From the NCBI RefSeq assembly GCF_009914755.1, contig NC_060925.1: a DNA stretch of 64,000 nt; one strand, written 5' to 3'. Positions within the stretch are counted from its first letter, which is position 1. Each line of letters begins with the position of its first letter. Positions 52,102 to 64,000 of the stretch are shown piece after piece. The notes below the pieces were generated by a model. That model did no database searches, was not told the DNA's origin, and saw nothing but the letters and a program-made list of their open reading frames with translations. The translations under genes and the position numbers were made by a program. The DNA comes from the human T2T-CHM13v2.0 reference genome, Homo sapiens.

Positions 52102-52103
52102 AA
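51744..52103 (+). mobile_element. AluS (Sx/Sz-like) with a (GAAA)n microsatellite tail
   Basis: Alu dimer; about 17 GAAA units at 52035-52103; TSD aagaagctt(t/c)a. Confidence 0.93.
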
Positions 52104-53489
52104 AAGAAGCTTCAAGCTTTAGTGAGACTTGACTTCCAGAGTGACCTGGTTCTTCATCTGTGATGGGTGCTCTCCTGAAAAAAAGGTCATTCAAGAAGAA
52201 ATTTCTTCCTCCTCAGGAAAGTTTTCTTTGATAGCTAAAGTATTGATTGTTTAGCCAATTGCTGAAACTTGAGAAAAACTTCCATGAAATAAATCTAATA
52301 AAGTAGTCCACAAAAACAAACTGTGGTAAGGATGAATAAAATATGATTAGTAATCTTTTAGAGATGTTAAAGAAAACCTTTATAAGAGTGTCATTATTCT
52401 TCTTTTTAGTACCAGTGTATTATTAATGAGAGCAAATATTTGACTTCTCTGCAGTTGCTTCGACTTAATTTGAAAACACATTTAGTTTGGACGTTGAAAG
52501 TAAATTTAGTAATGTCTTAATACTGAATTTTTACACCGATGCTCAAGTATATTCAGTGTATAAATCATCTTTATCTGCCTCCTTAAAGTATTTAGAAAAA
52601 ATTGAGGCAATAATATTGATACCTAAATGATAAGCACGTGGATCTGCTTATTTATGTTTTTTTTTCTTAACCATCTCATCAAGATGGAGTGCAAAGGCAT
52701 GTAGCAAAGTTCTAGAAAAGAAGGTCTACATTCAAGAAAGGTTCCAGCAAATATCCTTAAAGCCATTTGAATGGAATATTTACCCTGAATAGATTACCTT
52801 CAAAAATTGTATCTTGTTTCTGTAACTGTAATAAATAGTACAACAGAGTGAAATTACCCACGAATGAAGGAAGAAACTCTGTTTTATTTATCCTTGTGTG
52901 TATAAACCTAAGTAGTGCCTGGCTTAGATGAGGTATTTAATATATATATATCAGACTGAATGGATATATACTGATATATTGAGCTTTATTCTTTCCAACA
53001 TATCCAGGAACTACTAATTATGGAAAGAGGAGTTTTCCCTACATGTGTACACACACATCCCTGACAATCCCTTAATTTTCTAGTCCTACCCTTGCATTCT
53101 GTGGCCAAACACGAGCTTCACCAGCTACTGTGCTGCCAGAATCCAACGAAGATGAAGTCGAGATGGAGGTATTGCCAATATTTGAAAAGCAGATCCCCTT
53201 TGCTCTTGCTTCCTTCCACACCTTTCTCAGACCCTATAAAATCACCCCAAGATTAAACTCACGTGTTCACTTATATCTTTCCTATCTGATCATTTTTTGC
53301 AATTTTTAAAAATTATGACAGAATACACAAAACATAAAATTTATATCAATTTTTAATATTTTTCCCATTACCTTTGATGTTTTGCCATGCTACTTTGATA
53401 GTACTGGGTGATTTTTTTTAAAATTCTGCCCCACATGTAGGGAGATATTTCAATTTGATAGCTGCAATATTTCTTCTAGAAATTGTTAA

Positions 53490-53742
53490 CATTTGCTTAA
53501 ATAACAGCAATTTATTGTCTCAGAGTTCTGGGGTCTAGAAATCAGAGATCAAGGTGTCAGCACGGTCCATTCCTTCTAAGGTCTATGAGGGAGAATCCAT
53601 CCCATGACTCTCTTCTAGCTTCTAGTGGTTTGCTGGCAATCTTCGGCATTCCTTGGCTTCTCTTGTATTACCTTGACATCTGCCTTCATCTTCACATGGT
53701 ACTTTCCTTGTATGTGTGTCTATACCCAAAATATCCCCTTAT
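53490..53742 (-). mobile_element. MLT1C-like LTR, left part (split by L1 #4)
   Basis: aatttattgtctcagagttctgg...tctgccttcatcttcacatgg; continues at 60436. Confidence 0.8.
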
Positions 53743-54683
53743 TTCTTTGCCAGAGCAATCGGGCAAGAGAAATAAATAAAGGCATCCAAATAGAAAAAGA
53801 AATTGTCGAACTATCTCTCTTTACTAACAATATTACTCTATTACTCCACCAAGAGCCTCCTGGAACTCATAAATAACTTCAGTAAAGTTTCAGGATACAA
53901 AATCAATGTTATTGGCATACAAAAATCAATAGCATTTTTGTATGCCAATAACATTCAAGCTGAGAGCCAAATCAAGAATGCAGTTCCATTTACAATAGCC
54001 CTCCCCAAAATAATATACCTAGGAATACATTAAACCAAGGAGGAGAAAGACCTCTACAAGGAGAACTACAAAACACTGCTAAAAGAAATCAAGATGACAC
54101 AAACAAATAAAAAACATTCCATGCTCGTGGATTAGAAGAATTAATATTATTAAAATGGCCATACTTACCAAAGCAATCTACAGATTCAACACTATTCCTA
54201 TTAAGCTACCGATGTTATTGTTTACAGAGTAAAAAAAATTCCCACTATTCTAAAATTCATATAGAACTGAAAAAGAGACTGCATAACCAAAGCAATCTAA
54301 GCAAAAACAAACAAACAAACAACAACAACAACAATAAAAACAAAGCTGTAAGCATCACATTACATTCCTTGACTACAAACTATATTATAAGGCTAAGTAG
54401 TCCAAACAGCATGGTACTAGTATAAAAACAGACAAATAAACCAATGGAACAGAATAGAGAGCCTGGAAGTAAAGCTGCACACCTACAGCCATCTGATCTT
54501 TGACAAAGTTGATGAAAATATGCAATGGGGAAAGAACTCCCTATTCAATAATTGGTGCTGGGATTGCTGTCTAGACATATGCAAAAGAATGAAACTGGAC
54601 CTCTCTTACCATATATAAAAATTAACTCAAGACAGATTAAATATTTAAATATAAGACCTCAAACTGTAAGAATCCTAGAAGAA

Positions 54684-55040
<357 letters not shown>

Positions 55041-55686
55041 TTAAAACAATTTCAACAAAAACAAAAATTGACAAGTGGGATCTAAGTAAACCAAAGAGCT
55101 TCTGCACAGCAACAGAAACTAACAACAGAGTAAACAGACAACCTATAGAATGGGAGAAAATATTCACAAACTATGCATCTGACAAAGGTCTAATATCCAG
55201 AATCTATAAGGAACTTAAATCAACAAGCAAAAAACAACCCCATTAAAAAGTGGGCAAAAAGGATGAACAGACACTTCTCAAAACAAGGACATACAAGTGG
55301 CCATCAAACATATGAAAACGTGCTCAGCATCACTAATGGTCAGATAAATGCAAATCAAAACCACAATGAGATACCATCTCATACCAGTCATTATAGCTAT
55401 TATTATTATCTTTTTTATTATACTTTAAGTTCTGGGATACATGTGCAGAATGTGCAAGTTTGTTACAGAGGTATACATGTGCCATAGTAGTTTGCTGCAC
55501 CCATCAACCCTCATCTAGGTTTTAAGCCCAACACGCATTAGGTATTTGTCCTAGTGCTCTCCCTCCCCTTGCCCCCTACCCCCAACAAGACCCAGTGTGT
55601 GATGTTCCCCTCCCTGTGTCCATGTGTTATTATTGTTCAACTCCCACTTGTGAGTGAGAACATGCCGTGTTTGGTTTTCTGTTCTT

Positions 55687-55990
55687 TATTTTTTTTTTTC
55701 TTGAGATGGAGTCTCACTGTTTCACCCACGCCAGACTGCAGTGGTGCAATCTCTATCTCAGCTCACTGCAAGCTTCTCCTCCCAGGTTCACGCCATTCTC
55801 CTACCTCAGCCTCCCAAGTAGCTGGGACTACAGGTGCCTGCCACCGCGCCCGGCTAATTTTTTGTATTTTTAGAAGAGACAGGGTTTCACCATGTTAGCC
55901 AGGATGGTCTCGATCTCCTGACCTCGTGATCCGCCCGCCTCAGCCTCCCAAAGTGCTGGGATTACAGGCGTGAGCCACTGCCCCCGGCCC
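55687..55990 (-). mobile_element. AluY inside the L1 #5 3'UTR
   Basis: CpG-rich, cacgccattctc diagnostic; 13-bp TSD gttttctgttctt. Confidence 0.95.
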
Positions 55991-57228
55991 AGTTTTCTGT
56001 TCTTGTATTAGTTTGCTGAGACTGATGGTTTCCAGCTTCATTCATGTCCCTGTAAAGGACATGAACTCATTCTTTTTTATGGAGGCATAATATTCCATGG
56101 TATATATGTGCCACATTGTCTTTACACAGTTTATCATTGATGGACATTTGGGTTGCTTCCAAGTCTTTGCTATTGTGAACAGTGCCGCAATAAACATACA
56201 CGTGCATGTGTCTTTATAGCAGAATGATGTATAATCCTTTGGGTATATACCCAGTAGTGGGATTGCTGGGTCAAACGCTGTTTCTGATGCTAGATCCTTG
56301 AGGAATCACCACTGTCTTACTCAATGGTTGAACTAATTTACACTCCCACCAACAGTGTAAAAGCATTCCTATTTCCCCACATCCTCCCTATCTATTGTTT
56401 CCTGACTTTTTAATGATCACCATTCTAACTGACGTGAGATGATACCTCATTGTGGTTTTGATTTGTATTTCTCTAATGACCAGCAATGATGAGCTTTTTT
56501 TCATATGTTTGTTGGCTGCATAAATGTCTTCTTTTGAGAACTGTCTGTTCATATCCTTTGCCCACTTTTTGATAGGGTTGTCTTTTTCTTGTAAATTTAA
56601 CTTCCTTGTAGATTCTGGATATTAGCCCTTTGTCAGATGGATAGATTGCAAAAATTTTCTCCCATTCTGTAGGTTCCCTGTTCATTCTGATGATAGTTTC
56701 TTTTGCTGTGCAGAAGCTCTTTAGTTTAATTAGATCCCATTTGTCAATTCTGGCTTTTGTTAACATTGCTTTTGGTGTTTTAGTCATGAAGTTTTTGCCC
56801 ATGGCTAGGTCCTGAATGGTATTGCCTAGTTTTCTTCTAGGGTTTTTATGTTTCAAGTTTTATGTTTAAATCTTTAATCCATCTTGAGTCAATTTTTGTA
56901 TAAGGTATAAGGATGGGGTCCAGTTTCAGTTTTCTGCATATGGCTAGCCAGTTTTCCAAGCACCATTTATTAAATAGGTTGTCCTTTCCCCACTGCTTGT
57001 CTTTGTCAGGTTTGCTGAAGATCAGGTGGTTGTAGATGTGTGGTATTATTTCTGAGGCCTCTGTTCTGTTCCATTGGTCTATATATCTGTTTTGGTATCA
57101 CTACCATGCTGTTTTGGTTACTCTAGCCTTGTAGTATAGTTTGAAGTCAGGTAGCATGATGCCTCCAGTTTTGTTCTTTTTGCCTAGGACTGTGTTTGTT
57201 ATATGGGCTCTTTTTTGGTTCCATATGA

Positions 57229-57488
57229 AAAACCAAACACCGCATGTTCTCACTCATAGGTGGGAATTGAACAATGAGAACACATGGACACAGGAAGGGG
57301 AACATCACACACCAGGGCCTGTTGGGGGGTGGGGGAGGGGGGAGGGATAGCATTAGGAGATATACCTAATGTTAAATGATGAGTTAATGGGTGCAGCACA
57401 CCAACATGGCACATGTACACATATGTAACAAACCTGCACGTTGTGCACATGTACCCTAAAACTTAAAGTATAATTAAAAAGAAAAAAA
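57229..57488 (+). mobile_element. Young ~260-bp L1 3' end (L1 #6; L1PA3/4-like) inside L1 #5
   Basis: Near-consensus L1PA 3'UTR (caccgcatgttctcactcataggtgggaattgaacaatgag...ccctaaaacttaaagtataat) with G-rich tract and A tail. It has the GAG rather than the ACA diagnostic, so it is not L1HS-Ta. Confidence 0.92.
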
Positions 57489-59812
57489 GAAATTTATAGT
57501 AGATTTTTCTAGCTCTGTGAAGAAAGTCAATGGTGGCTTGATGGGAATAGCATTGAATCTATAAATTGCTTTGGTCAGTATGGCCATTTTCATGATATTG
57601 ATTCTTCCTATCCATGAGCATGGAAAGTTTTTCATTTGTTTGTATTCTCTCTTATTTCCTTGAGCAGTGGTTTGTAATTCTCCTTGAAGAGGGCTTTCAC
57701 GTCCCTTGTAAGTTGTATTTCTAGGTGTTTTATTCTCTTTGTAGCAATTGTGAATGGGAGTTCACTCATGATTTAGCTCTCTGTCTATTATTGGTGTATA
57801 GGAATGCTTGTGATTTTTGCACATTGATTTTGTATCCTGAGACTGCTGAAGTTGCTTATCAGCTTAGGGAGATTTTGGGATGAGACAATGGGGTTTTAGA
57901 AATATACAATCATGTCATCTGCAAACAGAGACAATTTGACTTCCTCTCTTCCTATTTGAATACCTTCATTTCTTTCTCTTGCCTGATTGCCCCGGCCAGA
58001 ACTTCCAATGCTATGTTGAACAAGAATGGTGAGAGAGGGCATCCTTGTCTTGTGCTGGTTATCAAAACGAATGTTTCCAGCTTTTGCCCATTCAGTATGA
58101 TATTGGCTGTGGGTTTCTCATAAATAGCTCTTATTTTGAGATATGTTCCATCAATACCTAGTTTATTGAGTGTTTTTAGCATAAAGAGGTGTTGAATTTT
58201 ATCGAAGGCCTTTTCTGCATCTATTGAGATAATCATGTGGTTTTTGTCATTGGTTCTGTTTATGTGATGGATTACATTTATTGATTTGTGTAAGTTGAAC
58301 TAGCCTTGCATCCCAGGGATGAAGTCAACTTGATTGTGGTGAATAAGTTTTTTGATGTGCTGTTGGATTCAGTTTGCTAGTATTTTACTGAAGATTTTTT
58401 CATCGATACTCATTAGAGATTTTGCCCTGAAATTTTCTTTGTTTCTGTGTCTCTGCCAGGTTTTGGTATCAGGATGAGGCTGGCTTCATAAAGTGAGTTA
58501 GGGAGGAGTCCCTCTTTTTCTATTGTTTGGAATAGTTTCAGAAGGAATAGTACCATCTCCTCTTTGTACCTCTGGTAAAATTTGGCTGTGAAGCTGTCTG
58601 GTCCTGGGCTTTTTTTTGGTTGATAGGCTATTAATTACTGCCTTAATTTCAGAACTTGTTATTGGTCTATTCAGGGATTTGACTTCTTCCTGGTTTAGTC
58701 TTGGAAGGATGTATGTGTCCCAGACTTTATCCATTTCTTCTATATTTTCTAGTTCATTTGCATAGAAGTGTTTATAGTATTCTCTGATGGTAGTTTGCAT
58801 TTCTGTGGGATCAGTGGTGATATCCCCTTTATCATTTTTTATTGTGTCTATTTGATTCTTCTCTCTTTTCTTCTTTATTAGTCTGGCTAGTGGTCTATCT
58901 ATTTTGTTAATCTTTTCAAAAAACCAGCTCCTGGATTCATTGATTTTTTTGAAGGGTTTTTCGTGTCTCTATCTTCCTCAATTCTGTTCTGATTTTAGTT
59001 ATTTCTTGTCTTCTGCTTGCTTTTGAATTTGTTTGCTCTTGCTTCTCTAGTTCATTTAATTGTCATGTTAGCGTGTCGATTTTAGATCTTTCCAGTTTTC
59101 TGATGTGGGCATTTAGTGCTATAAATTTCCCTCTTAACACTGCTTTAGCTGTATGCTAGAGATTTTGGTACATTGTGTCATTGTTCTCATTGGTTTCAAA
59201 GATCTTATTTATTTCTGCCTTAATTTCATTGTTTACCCAGTAGTCATTCAGGAGCAGGTTGTTCAGTTTCCATGTAGTTGAGTGGTTTTGAGTGAATTTC
59301 TTAATCCTGAGTTCTAATTTGATTGCACTGTGGTCTGAGAGACTGTTCATTGTGATTTCCATTCTTTTGCATTTGCTGAGGGGTGTTTTACTTCATTATA
59401 GCTATAATTAAAAAGTCAAAAAATAACAGATACTAGAGAAGCTGCAGAGAAAAGGGAACACTTATCCATGTTGGTGGGAGTAAAAATTAGTTCAGCTACT
59501 GTGGAAAGCAGTTTGGAGATTTCCTCAACAACTTGAAACAGAGCCACCATTCAACCCAACAATCCCATTACTGGGTATATATCCAAAGAAAATAAATCAT
59601 CCTACCAACACGACACATACTCAAATGTTTATCACAGTACTATTCACAATAGCAAAGACATGGAATCAACTTAGGTGCCCATCAGTGGTAGACTGGAAAA
59701 AGAAAATGAACATATACACCATGGAATACATATGCAGTCATAAAAAAGATTGAAAGTATGTCATTTGCAGCAAAATTGATGCAGCTGGAGGCCATTATCC
59801 TAAGCAAAATAA

Positions 59813-60193
<381 letters not shown>

Positions 60194-60435
60194 AACATTG
60201 GGAACTTACGGATATAAACAAGGCAATAATAGACACTGGAGACTAATGGGGGGACAGAGGTTAAAAAAACTAACTGCTGAGTACCATGCTCACTATCTGG
60301 GTGACAGGATTATTCATGTCCCAAACTTTAGCATAATGCAATATACCCATGTAACAAACCTGCACATGTACCCTCTGAATCTAAAATAAAAGTTGAGATT
60401 ATAAAAATAGAAATAAACAAAAAAAAATGAAAAAA

Positions 60436-60607
60436 AAATCTCCTTCTTATAAGGACACCAGTCACATTGGATTAGGGGCCTGCTCAATCCAAATCACATC
60501 TGCAATGAACCTATTTCCAAATGAAGTCACATTCTGAGTTACTAGGGTTAAGATTTCAATATATGAACCTAAGGGGTGGGGACAGGGACACAATTCAACC
60601 CACATCA
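60436..60607 (-). mobile_element. MLT1C-like LTR, right part
   Basis: cttataaggacaccagtcacattggattaggg...acacaattcaacccacatca. Confidence 0.8.
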
Positions 60608-61367
60608 GAAACCAACAGTGTCTTCTGTCTGATCCATAGTCTGGTGCCTATGTTTCCAAGCTCTGGTCTGTCCAGTCTTCATATTACAAAACCTACATCA
60701 TGTACCTGCACCCTCACTGTAATGAAGTCTGGAAATCTAGTTTCTGGAGTTCACCTTAGGAAAATGAGACTCACAGTGTGGGATCCTAGCAGAATGTAGA
60801 GAGGGTGTTCAAAAATATGAGGATCTACAGTTCATACATACACATTATAGCTAGATCTCAATTCCAGCCCTGCTCCTTCTGAATCTTCAGTTAGTTACTT
60901 AAACTCCCTGGTCTTCAATTTCCTCATTTTCAAAATGGGATTTTATGTGGCTTAAATGTTAAGGACTTAACATTATGTGTGTACATAAACAGATACTCCA
61001 CGAATGCTGGATCCTTTTACTTCTGTTCAGTCCTCAGAACGCTTAGAACTCTTCATTTCTTAAATGGTCTTCATCACATTCTCCTTTGTGTTGTCTTGTG
61101 ACAACATGTTTCTTTCTGCATTGGTATCAGAAAAGAATACATGTCAAGCTAAAAAGGCAAATGTAAGCATTCCTTATTAAGGATGCATCATAAGCTGTTT
61201 TCTTTCGGTGAATGGAGTGTTTGTTTGATGGAGAAACACACCTTTGTAAGCAAACCTTAAGATTATATTGTGGCTACATGTTTCTTTCTGCATTGGTACC
61301 TTTGATGCTTGTCATAGTTCTCCCATTGTATTGTAAGTTTCATGAGCCAGGGGCATTGTTCTAGACT

Positions 61368-62192
61368 CATGCTTCTTACATCATTTGTGGTGAAGGACTA
61401 GTTTTATATATATATGACTAATCCTTCAACACAAATGATTTCATTCTTTTTTATGACTGCATAGTATTCTATGGTATATATGTATTAACACATTTTTGAA
61501 GGACTACTATATACATATGGTACATATATATACATATAGGACTGCTATACACATATAGTAGTCCTTCACCACAAAGGTTACTAGTTTTATATATATTTTA
61601 TAAAATGAGTTTTATATATGTTATATATAATATATATTAATTTATAAAAGTAGTTATGTATGTTATATATAATCTAGTTATATGTGTTCTATATAATATG
61701 TTAATTATATATAGCTAGCTATATTAAATGTATTATATATTTATGTTACATATTATATATAATTATATCTAAAACCAGCTGTATATAATTATATACATAG
61801 CAAGTTATATATATAACTAGCTATATAAAATTAATTGATTATATATAACTAATATATAATATATAGTAATATATTATATATGTAATAAATACTCATATTA
61901 TAAATAATTAATTATATATAACTAGTTATATATATCATCTTCCACCTATCACAGACCAATATTTTTATAAAATATGATAAAAATAATTACTGGAAAGATG
62001 AAATTTTTAAAAAAGTCATATGAAATAGAAGCAAGCCCCAATTTTTTTATTTTATTAAGTTTAACAAACATAAAATTACTCCACAAAGTGCTAAAATTGT
62101 CTAAATGCTCACCCTCAGTCTCTACCATAAACTCATTGCAGATAAGGAACCAACAGTTTCCTGACTAGCACTGGTCTTTGGACCATAGTTTA
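61368..62192. mobile_element. hAT-Charlie-type element (same family as 18270-18561) expanded by an AT-rich rearranged insert
   Basis: tgtggtgaaggact start and cagaccaatat...aaattactc...cactggtctttggacca end are shared with the 18.3-kb copy; about 530 bp of extra AT-rich sequence lies inside. Confidence 0.65.
61580..61935. repeat. AT-rich (TA)n-like low-complexity tract
   Basis: Degenerate tatata/attata repeats over about 350 bp. Confidence 0.9.
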
Positions 62193-62212
62193 ATGCGTAT
62201 ATCCTGGACCCC

Positions 62213-62330
62213 TACTCCTCAGAGTGTGATGCCAGGACTAGCAGTTTTAGCCTCACCTGTGAGCTTGCTATAAATGCAGCATTTTAGGCCTTACCTCAGA
62301 TCTACTGAGTAAGAACTTGCTCAATGAATT
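62213..62330. mobile_element. MER5A fragment
   Basis: ctcagagtgtg...cacctgtgagcttg...aaatgcag...cagatctactga. Confidence 0.65.
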
Positions 62331-62620
62331 TTAGGCACTATTCTCAATCATTCTGAATCCTGAGTTCAGAGTCTCCTATAAAGCAAGTGCACAACCAAAA
62401 TCTATTAAAGCTATTTGAAAGTGGAGATCCCCCAAAAGGAAACAATATGTGACTTTCAGTACATCAGACAAGGATTTTATTGGGATCCTATAAATATACA
62501 TTTCTTAATAATTGAAGAGTTTTTACAGATCTACTCCTATTGCCCCAAAATTAATTTTTATATGAAAAGATGATTTTATATTTTCAAAGTATATTATTAA
62601 AAGTTATATTCTTAACATGT

Positions 62621-62989
62621 TGATATGGTTTGGTTCTGTCCCCACTCAAATCTCATCTTGAATTGTAACTCCCACAATTCCCAAATGTCATGGGAAGAAA
62701 CTGGTGGAAGGTGATTAAAATATGGGGGCAGGTCTTTCCTGTGCTGTTCTCATGATAGTGAATGAGTCTTACGAGATCTGATAGTTTTAAAAATGGGAGT
62801 TTCCCTACAAAAGCTCTCTCTTTGCCTGCTGCCATCCATGTAAGATGTGACTTGCTTCTCCTTGCCTTCCACCATGATTGTGAGATCTCCCCAGCCATGT
62901 GGAAGTGTAAGTTCACTAAACCTCTTTCTTTTGTAAATTGCCCAGTCTTGGGTATGTCTTTATCAGCAGCATGAAAACAGACTAATACA
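62621..62989 (+). mobile_element. THE1B-like 5' LTR
   Basis: tgatatggtttgg...caaatctcatcttgaattgtaactcccacaattccc...gaaaacagactaataca, about 370 bp. Confidence 0.9.
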
Positions 62990-64000
62990 GTAAATTGGTA
63001 CCAATAAAGTGGGTGCTGCTGTAGATACCTGAAAATGTGGAAGCGACTTTGGAAGTGGGTAACAGGCAGAGGCTGGAACAGTTTGGAGGGCTCAGAAGAA
63101 GACAGGCAAATGTGAGAAAGTTTGGAACTCCCTAGAGACTTGTTGAATGGCTTTGACCAAAATACTGATAATGATATAGACAATAAGGTCCAGGCTGAGG
63201 TGGTCTCAGATGGAGATGAGGAACTTGTTGGGAACTGGAGCAAAGGTGGCTCTTGTTATGTTGTAGCAAAGAGATTGGTTGCATTTTGCCCCTGCTCTAG
63301 AGATCTGTGGAACTTTGAGCTTGAGAAAGATGATTTAGGGTATCTGTCAGAAGAAATTTCTAAACAGCAAAGCAGTCAAGAGGTGACTTGGGTGCTGTTA
63401 AAAGTATTCAGTTTTAAAAGGGAAACAACATAAAAATTTGGAAAATTTGCAGCCTTACAACACGATAGAAAAGACAATCTCATTTCTGAGGAGAAATTCT
63501 AGCAGGCTGCAGAAATTTGTGTAAGTAATGAGGAGCTGAATATTAATCCCCAAGACAATGGGGAAAATGTCTCCAGGGCATGCCAAAGGTCTTCATGGCA
63601 GCCCTTCCCATCACTGGCCTGGAAAATGTCTCCAGGGCATGCCAAAGGTCTTCATGGCAGCCCTTCCCATCACTGGCTATGAGGAAAAAATGGTTTCATG
63701 GGCCTGGCCCAGGTCCCCTCTGCTGTGTGCAGTCTAGTGATTTGGTGCCCTGCATCCCAGCCACTCCAGCTGTGACTAAAAGGGGCCAAGGTACAACTTG
63801 AGCCATAGCTTCAGAGGGTGCAAGCCCCAAGCCTTGGGAGCTTCTATGTGGTGTTGACCCTGCAGATGCACAAAAGTCAAGAATTGAGATTTGGGAACCT
63901 CTGCCTAGATTTCAGAGGATATATGGAAACACCTAGATGTCCAGGCAGAAGTTTGCTGCAGGGGCAGGGTGCTCATGGAGTACCTCTGCTAAGGCAGTGT
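62990..64000 (+). mobile_element. THE1 internal region (runs off the window)
   Basis: gtaaattggtacca directly after the LTR; ORF 63122-63433 (ELPRDLLNGFDQN...DEELVGNWSKG) is the characteristic MaLR internal ORF. Confidence 0.92.
63562..63677. repeat. 57-bp exact direct duplication (period 59) in THE1-int
   Basis: ggaaaatgtctccagggcatgcc...cccatcactggc at 63562-63618 and 63621-63677. Confidence 0.95.

Larger units (their letters stand above)
55406..59392 (-). mobile_element. 5'-truncated L1 (L1 #5; L1PA7-like), about 3.4 kb net of nested insertions
   Basis: 3'UTR with ctaggttttaagccc; ORF2 fragments (57952-58236 TRQGCPLSP; 59156-59362 SDHSAIKLE); TSD tcattatagctat (55388-55400 / 59393-59405). 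Confidence 0.93.

Noticed and set aside
51822-52115. Hydrophobic ORF with LSFF repeats (and other Alu-derived ORFs)
   Set aside because: Translation of (TTTC)n and antisense Alu sequence.
62653-63243. 196-aa minus-strand ORF
   Set aside because: Antisense reading of the THE1 LTR and internal sequence; a common artefact.

Overview
AT-rich primate (most likely human or great ape) genomic DNA dominated by interspersed repeats. I see no recognisable host protein-coding exon, RNA gene, CRISPR array or prokaryotic feature. Almost every ORF in the supplied track is a broken piece of L1 ORF1/ORF2, Alu, MaLR or ERV sequence. The window has four blocks. (1) About 1-14.9 kb: an old full-length L1 with a second near full-length L1 inserted in its 5'UTR; the inner L1 carries an Alu, an MSTA LTR and an ERVK-type (MER11D-like) solo LTR. 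(2) About 25.5-37.5 kb: a decayed ERV1 (MER41-type) provirus with gag and env remnants and a 3' LTR, split by a full-length L1 that itself holds a MER61-like LTR. (3) About 37.5-53.5 kb: older MIR, L2, MaLR and DNA-transposon relics with islands of unique sequence. (4) About 53.5-60.6 kb: a four-level nested stack (MLT1 > L1 > L1 > AluY and a young L1), then a THE1 element running off the window. I found no evidence for a new multi-gene system. The best unexplained signals are a 76-nt near-perfect pre-miRNA-sized hairpin in non-repeat DNA (38970-39045), several template-switch or templated-insertion scars, a roughly 220-bp dispersed duplication of unique sequence, and a few candidate spliced exons. 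Subfamily names come from my recall of consensus sequences, not from a search, and most boundaries are approximate.
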